This document shows, in pieces, positions 1 to 12,499 of a stretch of 55,846 nucleotides of DNA. A model generated the notes under the pieces. The model did no database searches, was not told the origin of the DNA, and saw only the letters and a list, made by a program, of their open reading frames with translations. Positions within the stretch are counted from its first letter, which is position 1. Every line of letters begins with the position of its first letter. The DNA comes from Hydrurus foetidus. Taxonomy: Eukaryota. The stretch spans positions 1-55,846 of the forward strand of contig UYFQ01000841.1 of NCBI GenBank assembly GCA_900617105.1, given 5' to 3'. Both the position numbers and the translations under genes were made by a program.

Positions 1-98
1 CTTAATTATGTCAGATTTTTACTGACTAAAACCATAAAAACCTCACAGAGGGAAAATTAGGAAAATCTTCAAAAGATAATACGTTCGAGATCAGCAAC

Positions 99-2969
99 TT
101 AGGCTGATGTCTCAATGTTTCTGGGAATGAAATGTTTCATTTTATTATCCCGTAAATAATCATGGAGTGCTTCACAGAGCCGTAGTGATTTCCACGGCTC
201 CCATGTATTATGAGAGTCATCGTAGTTGAGCCATTTAACATGGAACGACATTGTAGTCGGTTTCTTGGTGTCACCAGCGTGACCCAGAACTTTCTCAACC
301 ACGAACTCCATGTAATCGCGACGAGCAGTGTCAGCAGGTATATCTACCTCTGGGTCATAATTGAATATTTTCAAATTTTTGACATGAACACTTCGTGTCT
401 TGTGATTCACAAGATTAGCGAGAACATACTCGGACCCCTTAAAGGAGACAATACAGTAAGGGCCATGCCACTTAGTATGTAATCGAGTTGGAGGTCGATC
501 AGTGTATCGGCATAAGACATATGACCCCACGGGGAACACAGTCGTGATTCAGCTGACGCGGCGTTTTTAGCATCCGCTTTTAACAAAGTTTGAACCGCAG
601 TTTCAAGTACTTTGTCTTGTACACTTATCAAATCTGATATGTACGTTGATCTTGAATGTGTTCCAACACTTAAGTGTGGAGTGAGAATACCACGATTCAA
701 ATCAAGTTTGTTCCCGAACAATAAATGAGCGGGGCAGACACCTGTGCGTCTATTAACTGAACCGTTAATGATACGTTGCACGAATGGGATTGACTTAGCA
801 TATCCCTCAAGGGTTTGTTTATCAAAAACTAAACCTCTTAAGTGTCTATTCACCTCTTTGTTGACTCTTTCAACAATTGCATTCTCTTGTTTCGAGTAAG
901 CAAGGGTGAGATTATGTGGTGTCCCACAAAGATCTAAGAATTCTTTGATCAAATCATTTGCGAAATGTGATCCTCGATCAGATCTAATCATATTTGGTGA
1001 ACCAAATCGACCAAAATGCGCAAGCAAACAGTCAGCTGCTGATTTAGCATCTGCGTCTGCACACCAGAACAATTCTGTCCATCGTGTGAATGTATCGATG
1101 ATGACTAGGATATAACCTTTGTCAGGAAATGGACCAATATAGTCAACATTTAGCGTATCGAAGATAGCATAATTTGAAGTTGCAAAGTGAGACGCATTGA
1201 TCTTAGGATCTTTTGCGCTCAACTTTTGACAACACGGACAGTTCTGTATGAACGTACGTACATGTTGTTTCATGTGTTTCCATACTTGTTGTAAACTAAA
1301 CAACCGAGTAAGGGTACGGTCTACGCCGTTGTGACCGACAATTGCATTGTGGCACATTTGAATGTATTCTAACTGATCGTCTGAAGCTGGTTCTATGACC
1401 GTCAGAGCTGATACAGTGAAAGAAGATGATGAAGTAGGAAGTAATTCCAATTCTTCTGTTCGTAATGGCAGAGCAATTTCTGTCAGATTAGGACAAAGCC
1501 TTGACAGTGCGTCTGCCAAAACATTCGAAGTACCGGGTACGAATACCACGGTAAAATCTAGTTCTTGCATAGCAATGAACCATCTCGCCACCATTGAGGT
1601 AGGATTTTGTTTCATATATGTTATGTTCAAATGATCCGTATGGATAGTGAACGTACGATCTCTGATTAGATAATCGAGTTGTGTACAACAAAAGAAGATG
1701 GCATAAGCCTCCTTTTGTATCGTAGACCACCTTATTTGTGTGGGTGTCAACGATTTGCTAATGAAAGCAATTGGTTGCCAAATGGCACCAACAACTTGGA
1801 ATAAGACTCCACCGATACCAAAGTCGGATGCGTCTGTATACAAGCGGATGTCTAACTTATTGTCATCAATGAAGTACATTAATGGACAACGAGATATAGC
1901 AATCTTTGTGTCAACAAATGAGTTGGTGCTCTTTTGAGTCCAAACTACAGCAGAACGTCTCGGAGCAGAGTGATCAATCATATCCTGCATTGGCTTAACC
2001 AAAGTGGAGTGCATTGGTACAAACTGTCGAAAATAGTTCGCTAAACCCAAAAATGACCTGAGTAAGGTTAAATTTTTAGGTATAGAAAAGTTTAAAACTG
2101 TTTCTATCTTCTTCTTTGACATGGATAAACCATCTTTGTCAACGACTCTGCCAACGTATTCAATACGTGGAAGGCCGAAACGGCATTTTTTAGCTTTGAG
2201 TCTTAGACCCTTAAGTCTAAATCTTGCAAAAACTTTTTTCAAGTTAGTAAGAAACTCTGCTTCACCCTTGCCATATACTATACAATCGTCGAGATACATC
2301 TCGCAACAATGATAGATAAGGCCATAGAGGACCGCCGTTACCATCTGCTCTTGAAAGTAAGAGGGGGCTCGACACGGACCAAAGGGCAGTCTCGTAAACT
2401 GAAATACCCCCGCAAAGCATATGAATGCCGTAAAAATGCGGTGTGCGGGGTGTAACGGTGCTTGATGGTAACCAGCGGTTAAATCCATCACACCAAAAAT
2501 ATCCGGTTTTTTATTACCGATCCTCTCAAAGAGGTGTTTGATATTTGGTAACGGGAATGAGGCCGGCTTAAGACACCTATTAAGTGGCCGGTAATCGATG
2601 CAGGTTCGAAATTTACCGGGTGACTTAGTTACTATTACAGGATGACTGTAATAAGCGGCATCTGATCGCTCTATAACCCCTGATGCAAGCATCTCGTCAA
2701 GGTTTTCTTTGAGAGCAACCTCTTTTGTTGATGACTGGGGACGTACCGGCGTACGGTTTTCGTTTTTCCCACAACTCAAGTGGGATGTTAATCTCAAAGG
2801 GTTTAAGTGACGCTGGTTTCTCAGCTAATTGATCACTGAAGATGTCTGAATATTCAGAACAGAGCTCTCGGAGCTTCCTTTGAAAGCTTTCATCTCCTTC
2901 AAAGGTAATCTCGTTGAGGAAATCCTCTGGCCCTTTGGGCAAGTCATCTTGACTAGGTTTCTCCGCCAA
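99..2969 (-). pseudogene. pol: Gypsy pol (RT-RNase H-integrase-chromodomain), split by frameshifts near 2760 and 540
   Basis: RT motifs CIDYRPLN, DLTAGYHQ, LPFG, YLDD; RNase H YTDASDFGIG, TDH, NVLADALSR; integrase H..H..CPCC, VDYIGP, SDRGSHF, ERVN; chromodomain VKWLNYDDSHNTWEP. Confidence 0.93.
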
Positions 2970-3496
2970 GAAGGGGCAAACGTATCTATCTTGCCATCGT
3001 CAATCTCGTCAACTGAGAGTGCGACACCACTGGGCCATAAAGGCTCAGTGACATAGTCTAAGGTATCAGAGTCCCAGAAGTGTTTGTAGGGGTGGGAATC
3101 TGGTCGCCACCTAGGTGCGGTGTATCACCCGTACGTTTTGCGAGAATAGTAGTGACACTATTCAGTCGCTCACAACCTACAACACCACAGGGATCTTGGG
3201 TCATGACTCCCTCGATTTCCATCTGAGTATCGTTACATGTCGACATTGTATGGACACAAGAGACGTTGCTCTTCGAAGAAGATTGACCATGCAATATGCT
3301 CTTCCTATTCGGATACTCGTACAATCCATATGTTTCTCTCTTATCAGAGGATGGTTTACCGCCTGGATATTTCAGCTTGTCGTAGTGAGGTGTTAAAGAC
3401 TCGACTACGGCTGTATCAGGTTCGGCACCCAACGCTATCATACGACGCGTATATTTGTGTTGAAACAATGGGTCGAGTTTATCCGATGCTTATTTC

Positions 3497-4020
3497 TTAT
3501 CGAATTCGCATGCGAGCATCACTCTTTCTCATATTCTCAGCGCTAAGCTCAGGAGAAATGCCGAAAGCAAATGGAGTTAACGTCCAAAAATCATACTTAT
3601 TTACCGTATCACGGCTAAATAATATGCCAATTTCCGTTTTCCGAATAGGTACATGTGGCTGCACTTCGACATGATCATCAGTCAGATTAAAGACATCATT
3701 ATCGAAAGTGACAGCCACGCAGTCCTGGGCAAGGAAATTCCTGGTTTTGTCCCCGGCTGAGGTTATTCCGCCAAATAATATGTCGATATTTGTTTTTCGG
3801 TATACCCTTATGGGCAGGCTGATGCTATTGCATTCACCATCGAATGAAAGAGGATTGTTAAATCGCAAGTTATATTGATCCTCGCGACCGCTACACACCG
3901 TTATGGCCCTTCGGGCAGGATAACAAAGGTGTATAACGTTAAGAATTTTTATCATGTAAAATGAAATAAAACCCTTGATGAATTCGCTGTACCCCACACA
4001 GATTGATCAGTGCCTCTCTG
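3497..4020 (-). pseudogene. Degenerate retroviral-type aspartic protease region of gypsy copy 1
   Basis: ITVCSG...SISLPIRVYRKTNIDILFG and TEIGILFSRDTVNK align by eye to IWMCSG...FSLPVRIAEDSKVDLILGLETIKK in the 51109 ORF. The active-site DTG is not intact. Confidence 0.6.
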
Positions 4021-5439
4021 ATGGCTAACCGGTGTTGTGTGCAAGCAAAAGGTTGATTTCATTTACGATCACTTTTTCAATCAATGCGTAATATTGCATT
4101 GCAATATTTTTACTTAGCATAGAGCTGTGTAAGAAACGTGAAAGCGTGAAATGTTTTTTTTTTTTTTTTTTTGAAATGTTTACAGTCTCAAAATCTTGTA
4201 AAGACTTGAAATCTGTTGTTAAATTGTTACAAAATGTGTACCCACATATTGAAAACTAAAAAAAAAATACGACATTTTCAAATGTACGAAAAGGTGACCC
4301 ACCCCTACTGGGGCTCGAACCCCGAACTCAGGATGGTCAGTAATCCTTGGAGGATATTTTCTTTAATCGTCGATATCTCTCTACTGAGAGCGATTCGAGA
4401 GATTAGAAGCTTCAGATCATGTTTATATGACTGTTAGGCATCTTTCTAGAGGTTCTGACCTTTTCTAGGTCAAAACCTGATAAAAATTAGTCGAGAACGA
4501 CGATGTCGCGCTAAGTCTATAACTCAGCAGGATGATCTCGAATTCAACCAGAACTCGGTGTAAACGATTCTATAGGATACTAGAGATCATTATCCGAAGG
4601 GACAATGATGTCCGCATGCGAATTCTCTATGTATCTCTTGTCAAAAGATGAGCAGAAATCGTTTATTCGCTCGAGATATTTCTCCGAAGAAAAATGGCTG
4701 TATCTCTGTGAAGAGGTTAGCCCTGCTCAGGAAAATTTTTCCAGAGCTTCGCCTCGTTCACGAACGGGTACTGTAACGTCAGTAACAACGAATAAAGCAA
4801 TTCTAACCAACTCTTGAACTGAAAAGTTCTATGGCGTGAAAGCCAAATTTAGAGTGGTAGAAAATCTGAGTGACCGTTAAGGTCGAAGACGTTGCTCAAC
4901 GTCGACGAAAAGAAGTCTATAGACTAACTTTGTGTCTCTGGTGATGAATCTGTGATTCGATCGACCAGCGGAGCAAGTCTAAAATGACTTTTGGGAAGGA
5001 TAAATCAACTTCGACCAAGATGTCAAGTTTGGAAGAGCCCAATGCACGGGGATTCCAAGAAAGCACTTAATCTGACTTTCTCTAACTTAGACTAGGTCTT
5101 CTGAGCCAATGGCTGCAGAAGAAAACGGCTCAAAAGTCGTTGAGCAAACGCTCAGAAGTCTTATCTACAGGTTGGGACGAGTAGACGGAATGAGAAGTAG
5201 AAGAAGAAAGAGTGGACGAATAGCGCTATTGTAGTCCGGATAGGAAGTAGGTCGATAGAAAAGAGGTGTTACTTAGTTACGAGGCTAAGCTAGAAGCTAG
5301 GATAACTTCTACGAGTAGGCTAGAGCTAGCTAGCAGCTGCGCTAGAGATGTATGTGTACAGTAGGCGGTAGGATCGGATGGATCGGGACTAGGTCCGGTA
5401 CGGCCCGTAGGCCCGGTATAGCTGGTCCGACCACACAAG

Positions 5440-7913
5440 ATAGAGGAGTCGTGGAAGGTCGAAGACAGTCCTGAAGACTAATTCGATGCCTCTGGACACG
5501 ATTTTTGAGCTTTAAAATAGCTAGAACTCCTTCAAAATTGTACAGTAATAAAATTTCCAGTAAAAACGCTAAAAATCCTTATTTTGTCCGAGTTACAGAC
5601 TCCGAAAACAGCAATCGCTGGACAGTGCAACTCTAATCACCAAGGGATCAGAGAGACTGAGCAGAGAATCAACTTTCTCGACAAAATATATTTTTCTCAG
5701 CATTTTATCCTTTTTCGAGAAGGAAAAAGTGCTGAGTGGGTTGTATTTGCCCCCTCAGGGATTCTTTCCCTAATAACCTCTACCACCACCTTGGTTACCC
5801 ACGGGATTTCGTTGGTTTCGGTTTTGGTTGTTTTGGTTACCAAAACTTCGGTTTTGATTACCTTGGTTTTGGTTTCCTCGGTTTCCATTGCCTTAGTTTC
5901 TATTACCTTGGTTTTGGTTGCCACCTTCCTCCTACCATGGTTGCTCTTTACCTTCTTGCTGTTGCGCATCAAGAAGGGTGGAGAACCAGCAGGGTGGTAA
6001 CTTTCGCGGTTTTCGAAACCAGGTAGGATGAGTCTCTCCTGCTCACCATTTGCCAACCATGCGTCACCCACAATTGAACCAGACCAATTACAGTAATGAT
6101 TGTTGTTATTGTCGGTATAGTACAGGACTGGACAATCGTTCAGCATATGCGCAGGGTTTCCGCATGAGCGACAAACACGAGTAGCAGCCACCAACGGTAC
6201 GTCAAGAGAGGAACGAACCGCCAGGGTGCTCTTCTCGATGGAAGTATCAGCGTCGCGTATAGCAAATGTACTCCTGTAGTCGGGTAGAACGACCGGCCAC
6301 CCCCAAAGTACAACGCTACACTCCCCCGTTTCTTCGTCGATCGGGGAGGAGGTACTGCTGTACTCGAGAACGGGTAGACGATATCAGGCTTGCCATAACT
6401 CCTGCTCATCCGAATCGTCTCTCGTGCCGTAGTGATGACGGCAATAACGCGCACCCAAGTCTTGGGTGACAAGGTGTCTCTCTCGGATGATATGTTGTGT
6501 CTTTATGTTCGAGATAGTCGGCTCGGATACGACTCCCTCGAGGAAGTCGTTTCTCAAGAATTGTGATCAGCTCTGCATGTTGAGAAGCATTGATACGACA
6601 AGTACGCTCGTAATCTGTGATGAGGTCTTTGTACACCATGTACGTAGCAAGTTCCTCCTCATCAGATGCGAGAGAGTAATGAAACGGGACCTTTGCGAAA
6701 AGCTCCGCTAGGGTATGATCCCCTTGTTTATTTGTGTTAAATTATTGCATGATCAATAATGCAACGGATTTGATGTTCAGCAAGTTCTGCCAATCATATC
6801 GTTCCTGAGGAGTAATCATCGTTGAATGTGACTGATCAGTCATGATTTTCACAGGAAGCAAATCGACTGCTTGACGTTGCATGCATTCTTTGATGCGTAG
6901 ACGTGGCAAGCGTTGAGCTTGCTTATAGAAATCCCCAGCATCCTGCGGAGTAATGAAATCTTCTCTCAGGATGAATACTTCTCGCTGGATCTGCATCGTC
7001 TGTGGGAATACTACAGTATTAGAAAATTGTGAGGTTTGCGAGGTGTTTAGAATACCCACATCCTCCTCTTGTATCTCCACCTCTTCAATCTCGTCATCCT
7101 TAGGATCAGCTACGAGTTTCTCTTTCTCTTCCTCTTCGTCATTAGGGCTGTCTCCTCGTTCAGACGCATCTCTATCGAAAGATGATGAGCTGATATTAAT
7201 CGACTTATATCGAAGCAAAGAATACAGCATCTGGTCAAAAAAATGCGGGAGCTTCGCCTGGTTAGCCTATTGAGCGCTTGACGCACGTAACAGCGAATAA
7301 TGAAGTGTCAACCAACTCTTATCGAAAAAAATTTTATGGTGTGAAAGCCGAATTTTGAGTGGTGAATATTTTCGAGTTCTGTTAAGGATGAAGGAAAACT
7401 TTCCTGACGACCAAAAGATGTTCGTAAGCTAATCTGATGTCCGGTGTTCAATTTGCTAGCGGAAGACTCCCTGATTACGAGTTTGGAAGGCTCTCGCGAC
7501 TTCGGCCAAACACAAACTTTTGGAGACACCTTTCGTAGGGTCCCAAAAGGAAAGAGGCTAAGCCCAACTTTCTTTAACTTAAACTACGTTCTCGGAGCGT
7601 CGGGCTCAGCGAGAATCACGACTCCGTGGAAGTCGATGAGTACATCGTACTCGTTTGGGAAATCTTAGCTGAGAGTTCGGAAAAGTAGAGATTGGAAAGG
7701 TTAGTAGCAATAGATTGGAGGTTAATAGCGCCATTGTGATCCGGGAAGAAGAAGAAGGGTGTCGAGTGGTAGAGCTTAGGTTGCATTGTATGATAGAAGC
7801 TACGGTAGTTAACATCTACGTGGATGCTGCAAATGGCTACGACGATACAACAGACTGTAGTGTACAATAGTATTATCTGGTAGGATCAGGACCTTGGACC
7901 CGCAACTACCACA
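5440..7913 (-). mobile_element. Ty3/gypsy retrotransposon copy 2: 5' leader plus fragmented gag
   Basis: Starts TGTGGTAG on the minus strand at 7913. Leader is homologous to 4700-5437. Gag pieces at 7230-6742, 6639-6406 and 6194-5697. Confidence 0.7.
5697..7230 (-). pseudogene. gag: Gag, frameshifted, with CCHC zinc knuckle
   Basis: CRSCGNPAHMLNDC knuckle followed by NNNHYCNWSGS, parallel to CHTCGRAGHNRYDC...NNTCCTWSQS in the 51109 Gag. Acidic N-terminal tract. Confidence 0.7.
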
Positions 7914-8810
7914 AGAGTTAAAAAGGAGGTTAATCGCCATTTACGCGCCTTTGCTTTTGATTCAACGAATCTGAATGCATGCAAGCTTTGCCTGCCCTTC
8001 AATCCGTACATTCACAAAAAAATCAATAATAAAGAATAAGAATAATAAACAGTACGGAAGCTTCACCAGCAAGTCTGCTGTTTGGAGTTCAATTGAGCTT
8101 TGGCAGAGGTATCTTGGTTAAAATTTCCTGATGCAAATCAATTGCCGACCAGAGCGTCGAAAGTTGTAGCAAATATGTTGCTTATACAACTACAGCTCAA
8201 CGATGTCGCTATCGCCCAGTTGAAATCAACAGACGCTAAACGAGTTTCAGTGAACAATGTACCAAGAACAGTCTTTGAAATTGATTCTTATGTGTTAGCT
8301 CCTAACCCTATAGGGCCAGAGACTAGATTACACTGTAAGTGGCAACGCTCATTTAAAGTTGTAAGCTATGATCAAAGTGAATACACTTTACTAAATCTTA
8401 TCACGAAGAAAACACGTGAGGTTCATGCAAGTAAATTAAAATCTTTTAGGTTTCATCCGACTCAAAGAGCACCGACTGACACAGCTCGTTGTGATTGCAT
8501 GGAGTTTTTCATGGAGGAAGTCATTTTACATGTTGAAATTAAAAAATCTCCTTCTTGAATGAAATTCTATATTAAATGGTTGAACTACGATTCAAGCCAT
8601 AATTCATGGGAACCTTGGAAGTCCATGCGCGCTACAGATCAACTTTATAAGTATCTGCGCGAAAACGACTTACAGTATGTTCTTCCAAGATAATTTCGTA
8701 TTGTACCTCCCCCTGTGATAAAGAATCTGTGAATGTTGTCTATGAAGATTACTCCTAACGTCACTTGAGTTTTTTTACGAAAGTTTAGTCAGTAAAAATC
8801 TGACATAATC
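7914..8810 (+). mobile_element. Gypsy integrase C-terminus plus chromodomain relic with 3' UTR
   Basis: RVKKEVNRHLRAFAFD, RLHCKWQRSFKVV, VHASKLKSF and IKWLNYDSSHNSWEPWKS match the 3' part of pol copy 1. Contains stops and frameshifts. Shares a 26-nt 3' UTR motif with 5-30. Confidence 0.85.
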
Positions 8811-9837
8811 ACTCACGTGGAGTTCACTCGGCATACTTCCCTCCCTTCACATGTTCTTCATACAATTTCCTATCTTTGTTTTTTAGTTTTGCCGCGCTAG
8901 CCTGGTTAGTTAACATACCCTTCACAGAAAGTGTTAGTCTAGTCAACGAAAAAAGTTGAATAACGGAACAAAAAACAAACTATTTTATACTCTACCTTAA
9001 GAAGCGTTAGTCTTGATGCCCTAGCCTAATTCTCTTTTCTTAGAAAAAATATTCCAATTATTGTTGAAATAAGTGGCAGTAGTGCAGTCGTCTGGGGTTC
9101 TAGGGATCTTGGACCTGATTCCGTCTCTAGGTATACCTAAACTCCGTAGACCTCTAGGTAGACTTCGTGCAGTTGCTAGTTGTTCCCTATGGTACCTAAC
9201 CCTAAGCAAGACCTTTTCCCTTCCTCGACTAGACTCGAAATGAGCATTGGACTTCCTAGGAAACTCGACACTCGGCAGTACAAGGTCATGCTCGAAGCAA
9301 GACATGAAGCAAGATGCGCTACAGCGCAATGCTGGTGCGTTCCCCATCACACTTGCCGTTAATTCTGTAATTAGTATTAGGACGTTTTTGGCTGTCAATA
9401 CCTGAATTTCGAGTAAAAATTTCGCAGTCTTCCTAGTCGATTTTTAAGTTTTTAATTGCATTAGATACTTTAATTTATCGAGAGCTATCCAGAAACGTGA
9501 TAAAAATTCCATTTGAAGCACTCCTACGAGACCTGGGTTACAGCATGCACGTACATAGTAACGTACATTTGTGTTTTTATAACTACTATGCAACTATCCT
9601 ACAACAGACATATCTGAGCCATATTAGTTAATCTGACAACTGCATTTTGGAACGGACTTTGACCTCGTTGGTCAGTCTGGTTGTTTGTTTCCGCTAAAGC
9701 ACTATGCGATCAGAATAATCTACGGGCTCGATGACCGCCTTGCGTTGAGGAGATGCCTCGTCCGAGGATTAAATGCGATTCTTTTCCAACACCTGCTATT
9801 TCTGATAAATGGAAGACGCTGGTTCGCGGAGGTATTA

Positions 9838-10054
9838 CCGTAACGGAATAAAATGTCTACTTTTCATCCCCAAAATCCGACTCAAACGTGTGTGTGACAT
9901 GATCAAAAACGGAGCCCACACCATATACAAAAAATTAAGAAGAGGAAGGTTCCCCAGATTTTTTACTTTTTTAATAGTGGTGTGGGGTGACTTGAAAATT
10001 ACCTGAGGTGTTTAAGTTTTGGGCACGAAAGGTGAACATTTTATTCTGCTATGG
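9838..10054. mobile_element. MITE, TA-flanked (Tc1/mariner/pogo-type)
   Basis: Imperfect ~38-bp TIRs: CCGTAACGGAATAAAATGTCTACTTTTCATCCCCAAAA versus reverse complement CCATAGCAGAATAAAATGTTCACCTTTCGTGCCCAAAA. TA on both sides (9836-37, 10055-56). Confidence 0.7.
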
Positions 10055-10660
10055 TATTATCAATACTTTCTTATTTTATATACTCGAAAAATATTTAGTA
10101 CGTCTCCGCTAGTGGGATTGGCCATCGGGATGCAGCACGCAATGTTATGATAAATTGGGTAGTTCTGTAGCCTATCGCATAAAATAAGATTACTCATACC
10201 ACACCACTGGAAAAAAAGATTTCTGCGAACTTTCCCTACGACGATATCCTGCAGCTTCCAGAAGATTGTGATTGATGGGCGCAACGTGAAGTGAGATAGA
10301 AAAGTGAAGTGACCCCCTCCATAGTTTGAGATTGGGAGATACATATCGAAGTGCCATGCAAATGCCTTTTATAATGATTACTTGAGCATACACCGTAGGT
10401 ACAAACCGTCACTGTAAATGTAGTCTCGTCCTGGGAAACCACCAAAATTATTTTTCGACTCGAAGAACTTTCCCGGGGGATCTGGAACTCCAAAATTTGC
10501 CCAAAAGAACGTACTCGAACAACAACACCAACTTGAACTTCATTTTCCTTTGCTCCGTCGAAACCCCGAAACGCACATTGGCTTCGACGGTCACTTCGGA
10601 AATTGTTCAGAATATCAAAGTAAGCACTGAAATCAACGTCGAGGTTGTTTTCTGCTGACA

Positions 10661-12499
10661 ATGTTTGCCATCAAATTATTTTTCAAGGATGAGACACGAC
10701 GCGCACAGATTTATTCTGAAGAGAATAAGATCTCATTCGCGATGCTTGTCAGTACTGCCCAAAGTCTCTTCCCAGCTCTTCGCGGAAAATCTAACCTAGA
10801 GTTTTACTGGAAGGACGAAGAAGATGACACTATTATCGTGTCCAGTGATGACGAACTTTCAGAGGCCACAAGAGTCATGACGCACTGGAAACGTAATGTC
10901 ATGCGCTTTGAGATACGTGAAAACCAGGATGGCGAACTTCTGACATCCTACCCAGTTCCAGAGGCCACCATCGCGAGTGAGATAAATTTGGCTATCCACA
11001 ACCATGTCAGATGTGACGGCTGTGATGTGTGTCCAATCGTTGGAGTTCGTTACAAGTGTGCTGTCCGCGAAGATTATGACCTGTGCGAACTCTGTGAAAG
11101 TAAAGAACTTCAGCCGCACCCAATGATCAAGATTAACAATCCAGACCAAGCACCTGCTGCAATCGTAATTGCAGTCAAGGAAGACTCCTCCAATCGCGGA
11201 AACTGGAAAGGATCCCATCACAGAACGCACGGTCCTCATGGTCCGCATCACAACCATCACGGACATCACGACCGGCTTCACCCCAATGGCCCCTTTCAGA
11301 ACGGCCAACAAAATTGCCGAAATCCCTCGGTGCATCCTGACGGATCTTGGGGAGAAGGAAATCTTGGTGGCCCCGGTCCTTGGCGACGCATGATGCGACA
11401 AGAAAGACGGAGCGCTGAAAACTGTGGACAGGGCCGCAACAACTGGATAGCAGCTGCTACAGAGGCCCTCGCCAATTCGCTTTCAGCCGATGGAATGACA
11501 GCCTTCAAGCATCAATCCGCCGAGATCGACCGAGCGGACGATGCGACGAAAACTGACCAGGTATGGCTTGAAGAGGCTCTTCGCCAATCTCTCGAGGGTA
11601 GTGCGCTCGACGCAGCCGCCAGTGCCGGCTCTAGGCCCAATGAGGCAGCAGCACCAGTCGAGGAGAGTCTCGCTGCTGCAGGCACTCAGGCTGCGGCGGT
11701 GATTGCTGTTCCTGCGTTACCTTTGACGAAACCCATGGCGCGATTCGTGAGGGACGTAACATTCCCGGACGGCACACCTGTCCAGCCGGGATCCGTGTTC
11801 TTGAAGACATGGAGAATTCGCAATGATGGTGAACGCGCGTGGCCTGAGAATGTCGTGCTCGCCTGTGCTGGTGGAGACAGCCTATCATCCCCTGATGTCA
11901 TTTTACCTGTTGAATCGCTTCTCCCTGGCTGCGAGTCAGAGGTTACACTGCAGCTGAGCGCACCAGAACGGACTGGCAGACATGTGGCATATTTCCGCAT
12001 GCGTACTACGGAGGGAGTCAGCTTTGGGCAACGCCTGTGGGCCGACATCAGAGTGATGGAAGATGATCAGGGATGGCACCTACTCGGCGGAATGCTAGGC
12101 ACAAATGTGTCCTCACCATCGCTCAGTCGATCGGACTCTGATAACCCCGCTGTCGTGCAGGAGGTGAAGGCGGAAAGCTCTGAGCTCCCCACAACGGCAT
12201 CCTCTACTGCGGAAGAACATCTCTCGGATGACGACTCGGCCGATATTACTGGCACCAACAAAGACGATGCGGAAAACGCCACGGAAGAGATGGGTGAGTC
12301 CCACAACTCACTTGTTGCCGTTTGGACGAAGGTTTGGACACAAGAACTTAACGTTCTTGCAGAGATGGGATTCACCGATACGGAGACCAACGTGACCCTG
12401 CTGCAGAAGTACCTTGGGATCCCCTCCTCTCTGTCCAGCAACGGCCCTGTGCACACCGAGGGAATCCAGAACGTTATTAATGCACTTCTAAGTGCCTAA
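10661..12499 (+). CDS. NBR1: NBR1-like selective autophagy receptor (PB1-ZZ-FW-UBA-like), intronless, 612 aa
   Basis: PB1 (YWKDEEDDTIIVSSDDEL), ZZ finger (HNHVRCDGC..IVGVRYKCAVREDYDLCELC), FW domain (FVRDVTFPDGT..FLKTWRIRN..FGQRLWADI), C-terminal UBA-like LAEMGF. Confidence 0.9.
   Translation: MFAIKLFFKDETRRAQIYSEENKISFAMLVSTAQSLFPALRGKSNLEFYWKDEEDDTIIVSSDDELSEATRVMTHWKRNVMRFEIRENQDGELLTSYPVPEATIASEINLAIHNHVRCDGCDVCPIVGVRYKCAVREDYDLCELCESKELQPHPMIKINNPDQAPAAIVIAVKEDSSNRGNWKGSHHRTHGPHGPHHNHHGHHDRLHPNGPFQNGQQNCRNPSVHPDGSWGEGNLGGPGPWRRMMRQERRSAENCGQGRNNWIAAATEALANSLSADGMTAFKHQSAEIDRADDATKTDQVWLEEALRQSLEGSALDAAASAGSRPNEAAAPVEESLAAAGTQAAAVIAVPALPLTKPMARFVRDVTFPDGTPVQPGSVFLKTWRIRNDGERAWPENVVLACAGGDSLSSPDVILPVESLLPGCESEVTLQLSAPERTGRHVAYFRMRTTEGVSFGQRLWADIRVMEDDQGWHLLGGMLGTNVSSPSLSRSDSDNPAVVQEVKAESSELPTTASSTAEEHLSDDDSADITGTNKDDAENATEEMGESHNSLVAVWTKVWTQELNVLAEMGFTDTETNVTLLQKYLGIPSSLSSNGPVHTEGIQNVINALLSA

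Larger units (their letters stand above)
1..5437 (-). mobile_element. Ty3/gypsy (chromovirus-type) retrotransposon copy 1, degenerate, most of gag missing, 3' end runs off the window
   Basis: Contains RT-RNaseH-integrase-chromodomain pol and a protease relic. The 5' region (~4700-5437) is homologous to the leader at 7250-7913 and shares CCGATCCATCCGAT with the leader at ~50405. The 5' boundary is approximate. Confidence 0.8.

Noticed and set aside
7400..7445. CTGACGA as a hammerhead ribozyme core
   Set aside because: No correctly placed GAAA or stems, and it is not conserved in the homologous leader.
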